A stretch of DNA of 64,000 nt from Macrostomum lignano (taxonomy: Eukaryota), in the NCBI GenBank assembly GCA_002269645.1, contig NIVC01001340.1, positions 248,001-312,000 of the forward strand, in the 5' to 3' direction. Under the pieces are notes generated by a model. It was given only the letters and a program-made list of their open reading frames with translations. It ran no database searches and was not told the DNA's origin. Numbering within the stretch: position 1 is the stretch's first letter; every line of letters starts with the position of its first letter. A program made the position numbers and the translations under genes. Positions 61,001 through 64,000 of the stretch are shown piece after piece.

Positions 61001-62976
61001 TTTACCTGTCCGTGGTCCTGAGCGGCTCCACTGCCGGTGCTGGCGTGTCGCAAGGTGTCAAACATGCCACCAAGCCTGTCTCTGCTGCCGTAGCTGCCGG
61101 GAAATTGCGACTCGTCAACGCGGTGCACAACAGCCCGTCGAACGTCGCGCACGCTCTCGTACACCCGGTTGGCAACGTCGCGCAATTCGGCTTCGTTATA
61201 GCGGCCGCCGCGATTGCTCATCGAGTTGACGCAGTTGTCAGTTGTGTCAGCAAAGTGCGGAATGACCCGATCGCGTAGAACCGTGACCGCTTCGTTCACC
61301 CGGTCAACGTAGGGCCCCGGCTCGTAGGAGGCCATCTCGGCTACAACAACGTCGCATACGCGACCGCTGCGACCGCGGATGCTGTGAGCAGATTTGTGCA
61401 CCTCGCCTGGAGTTGGAAGGTAATTTATAAATGCTTCATCATGTGGTTTTGAGACGGTACCGAGACCAAGTAGCGTCCCAGAGTCAATTGCGTAGCCCCA
61501 GACTCATCTCATGTAACACAGGTAAAATAGGAAAGAAATGACTCTATAAGACGACTCTAATTAACGACGAGATGTCACGGTACAGGTCGCCAAAAGTTTA
61601 AAAAGCGTCAATTTGAGGCTTTTGAGAATTTGCGACTCTGAGGCGTTTCTTTAATGACTTTGGCGCCGTAGAGTCGCATCTGAGGCGTTCTTTAATGACT
61701 CTGGCGCCGTAGAGTCGCATCTGAGGCGTTTCTATAATGACTCTGGCGCCGTAGAGTCGCATCTGAGGCGTTTCTATAATGACTCTGGCGTCGTAGAGTC
61801 GCATCTGAGGCGTGCTCGAGTTACTGTAGAATCACTGAGTTGCGTCAAAAGAGTAGAATTGAATTACGCATTTTTATAACAACTCTATTTAGACAACTGA
61901 GTTAGTAGAAAGTTAAGCGCTAACATCAACAACTCTCGGGCGAATTTTAAGATTCTGCAACTCGTGACTTAACAGTTGTTTGAGCCGTTGAAAAGTCACA
62001 AGAGTTATTTAAGAGTCGCCAGAGTCACTAGTGAGCTGTTTGCAGTGACTCTATCTGATAGCAATTCTTGTCACGGTAACGTTTTCAACGGGCTTATGCT
62101 GTGTCATGCACTACTGTCAAGTCTGTAGTTCATGCATCTCGTATTTTAGGATTAGCTTTGGATTTTCGCTACTCAAAGTATGAATTTCTAAAAAAATCTC
62201 ATTACCACAAAGGTAGATATTCACATGAATGATAGATATTCATTCAGAGATACTCTTTTGAGATCTTGGATCATTGTGGCCACATACATTGCAGATAAGT
62301 AGTCCATAGTACTCCTTCATCCATAATGATAACGTTCGCAGGAAGGCTGCGGGCACCCTGGTGCAACGCCTTCGGCGATATTGTCCCACGAACTAGCGCT
62401 GACGGCAATTCTTTGTGTGCCTTGGGGGTTGGGCCTCAACAAGCTGCTTTCGGCCTTAGATGATAAAAGTCAAATCAATCGGACCGCTCGCAGTTCCAAG
62501 CTCTGCCACCCTCCCTCCCACAGACTGCAAGCCATTAAAATACAATCGATAAGAGAAGACTAATATTTTCGGTATTCACCTGGCTTAGACTCCGAGGCAG
62601 CTTGCAAACACATCTGCACATCCTCCCAGATGTGGCCCTCGGACACGGCCAGGAAGTCTTCAATGTTGGTGATCTCGTCAACCGCCAGGGTCAGCAGGTC
62701 GATGGCGTCGCGCCAGGCGCCGACAAACACTTCGAGATTCTCTTGGGCAACGCGCGACTGCGGACGGAGAGACAGGGACCGGGCGGCGTTGAGCACCTCG
62801 GCGCTGATCAAGTCCACCTGACCGGCGGCTTTGCGGACGAGTTTCACCGAGTCCTCGCTGCTCATTGAGCAGGCGAGCTGGCCAACCTCCGTCAGCTTGG
62901 TCACGTGCTCGTGGAACAAGATGGCCAGGGCTTCTACCTGTAGGTATGAGATGGGAGATGGAAGATGGGATATGTC

Positions 62977-63019
<43 letters not shown>

Positions 63020-63424
63020 GCCTGTCTGTCGCAAGCCACTAACCTGGGCCTCCTTGCCCTCGCGCGCAGCACTGAGAATCATGTCCAGCGGGCCTTCAAC
63101 GCCCAGATAGTTGTCGGACACGTGATCCACAACGGCCTGCCGCAGCTCGTGCCGCAGCCGGTCGGTGCCGTTAAGCAAGCTGCGCACGGATTCGTTCAAA
63201 GCCTGCGATCTGTCCGGCCGGCCGGCGCTTCGGCCAAGCTCGGACAGCAGATCCTGCAGAGCCTGGCGCACCGACTGACACTGGCCGACAATCCGATCGC
63301 GCCTGTCCGGCCGGGTGCACGGGCTGTCGGCCAGCAGGGCGGCGCCGCTGATGATGTGCTCCAGTCGCTCCTCTAGGAATGGCCGGACCCGGCTTTCCAC
63401 GTATTCGTGCGGATCGATCAGCAC
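58078..63424 (-). CDS. CTNNA: Alpha-catenin, 3' part (M domain and actin-binding domain); gene continues beyond 64000
   Basis: Exons 63424-63044, 62937-62580, 61406-61006, optional 59965-59921, and 58857-58078. Segments: RPFLEERLEHIISGAALLADS, VRQALQDLL, IEDFLAVSEGHI, KWDDSANEIVVLAKQMCLIMMEMTDFTRGRGPLK, DLLAYLQRITLYCHQL, SLIQAAKNL. Confidence 0.95.
58935..59490. repeat. 39/41-bp minisatellite (TCAATCAACTCCATCTCCGTGTCTCACAGCTCTCACCTG) in the alpha-catenin last intron
   Basis: Tandem units. Confidence 0.9.
59921..59965 (-). CDS. Candidate 45-nt phase-0/0 exon of alpha-catenin (DNEFDWQCSYYPDYD)
   Basis: cccttttatcgaaaaaag|GACAAC...GATTATGAT|gtgagc. It keeps the frame between the phase-0 exons ending at 61006 and starting at 58857. 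Confidence 0.5.
60350..60945. repeat. 25-bp monomer arranged in 75-100-bp higher-order repeats
   Basis: Alternating AAAAGTACATCTTGTCCTTAAAACT / TTAGATGCATCCTGTCTAAGAACTC / AAAAGTACACCTTGTCCAGGAAACT. Confidence 0.85.
61630..61815. repeat. 42-bp tandem repeat (CTCTGGCGCCGTAGAGTCGCATCTGAGGCGTTTCTATAATGA)
   Basis: About 4 units. Confidence 0.85.
62965..63030. repeat. (CTGT)n in a 106-bp alpha-catenin intron
   Basis: Direct reading. Confidence 0.9.
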
Positions 63425-63524
63425 CTGGGAGATGGAGAGGGTAGCTCTGCTGATCCTATTAACCCCAAGCTCAGAGTCCGACTAACCTCAATCTCAGATA
63501 AAACTAATCTTAAGCTCAGATCCC

Positions 63525-64000
63525 CAATAATCTGATGCTTAAATCTCCTTTAATCTGATGCTTAGATCCCCATTAATCTGATGCTCAGATCCTCATTAAT
63601 CTGATGCTCAGATCCTCATTAATCTGATGCTTAAATCTCCATTAATCTGATGCTCAGGTCTTCATTAATCTGATGCTCAGATCCTCATTAATCTGATGCT
63701 CAGATCCTCATTAATCTGATGCTCAGATCCTCATTAATCTGATGCTCAGATCCTCATTAGGCTAATGCTCAGGTCTTCATTAATCTGATGCTCAGATCCC
63801 CATTAATCTGATGCTCAGATCCTCATTAATCTGATGCTCAGATCCTCATTAGGCTAATGCTCAGATCCTCATTAATCTGATGCTCAGATCCTCATTAGGC
63901 TAATGCTCAGATCCTCATTAATCTGATGCTCAGATCCTCATTAATCTGATGCTCAGATCCTCATTAGGCTAATGCTTAAATCTCCATTAATCTGATGCTC
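63525..64000. repeat. 23-bp minisatellite (TCATTAATCTGATGCTCAGATCC) in an alpha-catenin intron, runs off the window
   Basis: Tandem units with internal hairpin ATCTGA-TGC-TCAGAT. Confidence 0.95.

Noticed and set aside
11116-63376. Many 60-180-aa ORFs antisense or frame-shifted over real exons
   Set aside because: Expected shadows of GC3-rich coding sequence.

Overview
Eukaryotic (metazoan) genomic DNA with GC-rich spliceosomal exons and introns filled with unrelated mini/microsatellites. This architecture suggests a flatworm such as Macrostomum (inference only; the taxon cannot be proven from sequence). Seven protein-coding genes were reconstructed by hand from GT-AG junctions and reading-frame phase. 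Plus strand: HGSNAT (9 exons, 651 aa), a GAPR-1/GLIPR2-like CAP protein (4 exons) and an intronless class A peptide-type GPCR. Minus strand, in tandem: alpha-catenin (3' part), SLC9A8/NHE8, DDX18/Has1 and NAA25. Almost all long ORFs in the supplied track at 9.1-9.9, 36-40, 50-52 and 56-57 kb are read-throughs of tandem repeats, not genes. Also present: a hAT-type non-autonomous element with a perfect 8-bp TSD, several TIR/foldback elements and a tRNA-derived CORE-SINE. Most notable: (1) NAA25 has no ATG of its own and opens at a phase-0 splice acceptor, consistent with a spliced-leader-donated AUG and a possible four-gene polycistron; (2) the last DDX18 intron carries an exact 32-bp duplicate of its own 3' splice site and is in-frame and stop-free; (3) a candidate 45-nt cassette exon lies in the alpha-catenin linker; (4) the CAP protein lacks both conserved histidines; (5) NAA25 exons 6-7 contain clustered frameshifts that look like long-read errors; (6) a 155-nt G:U-rich hairpin lies upstream of HGSNAT.
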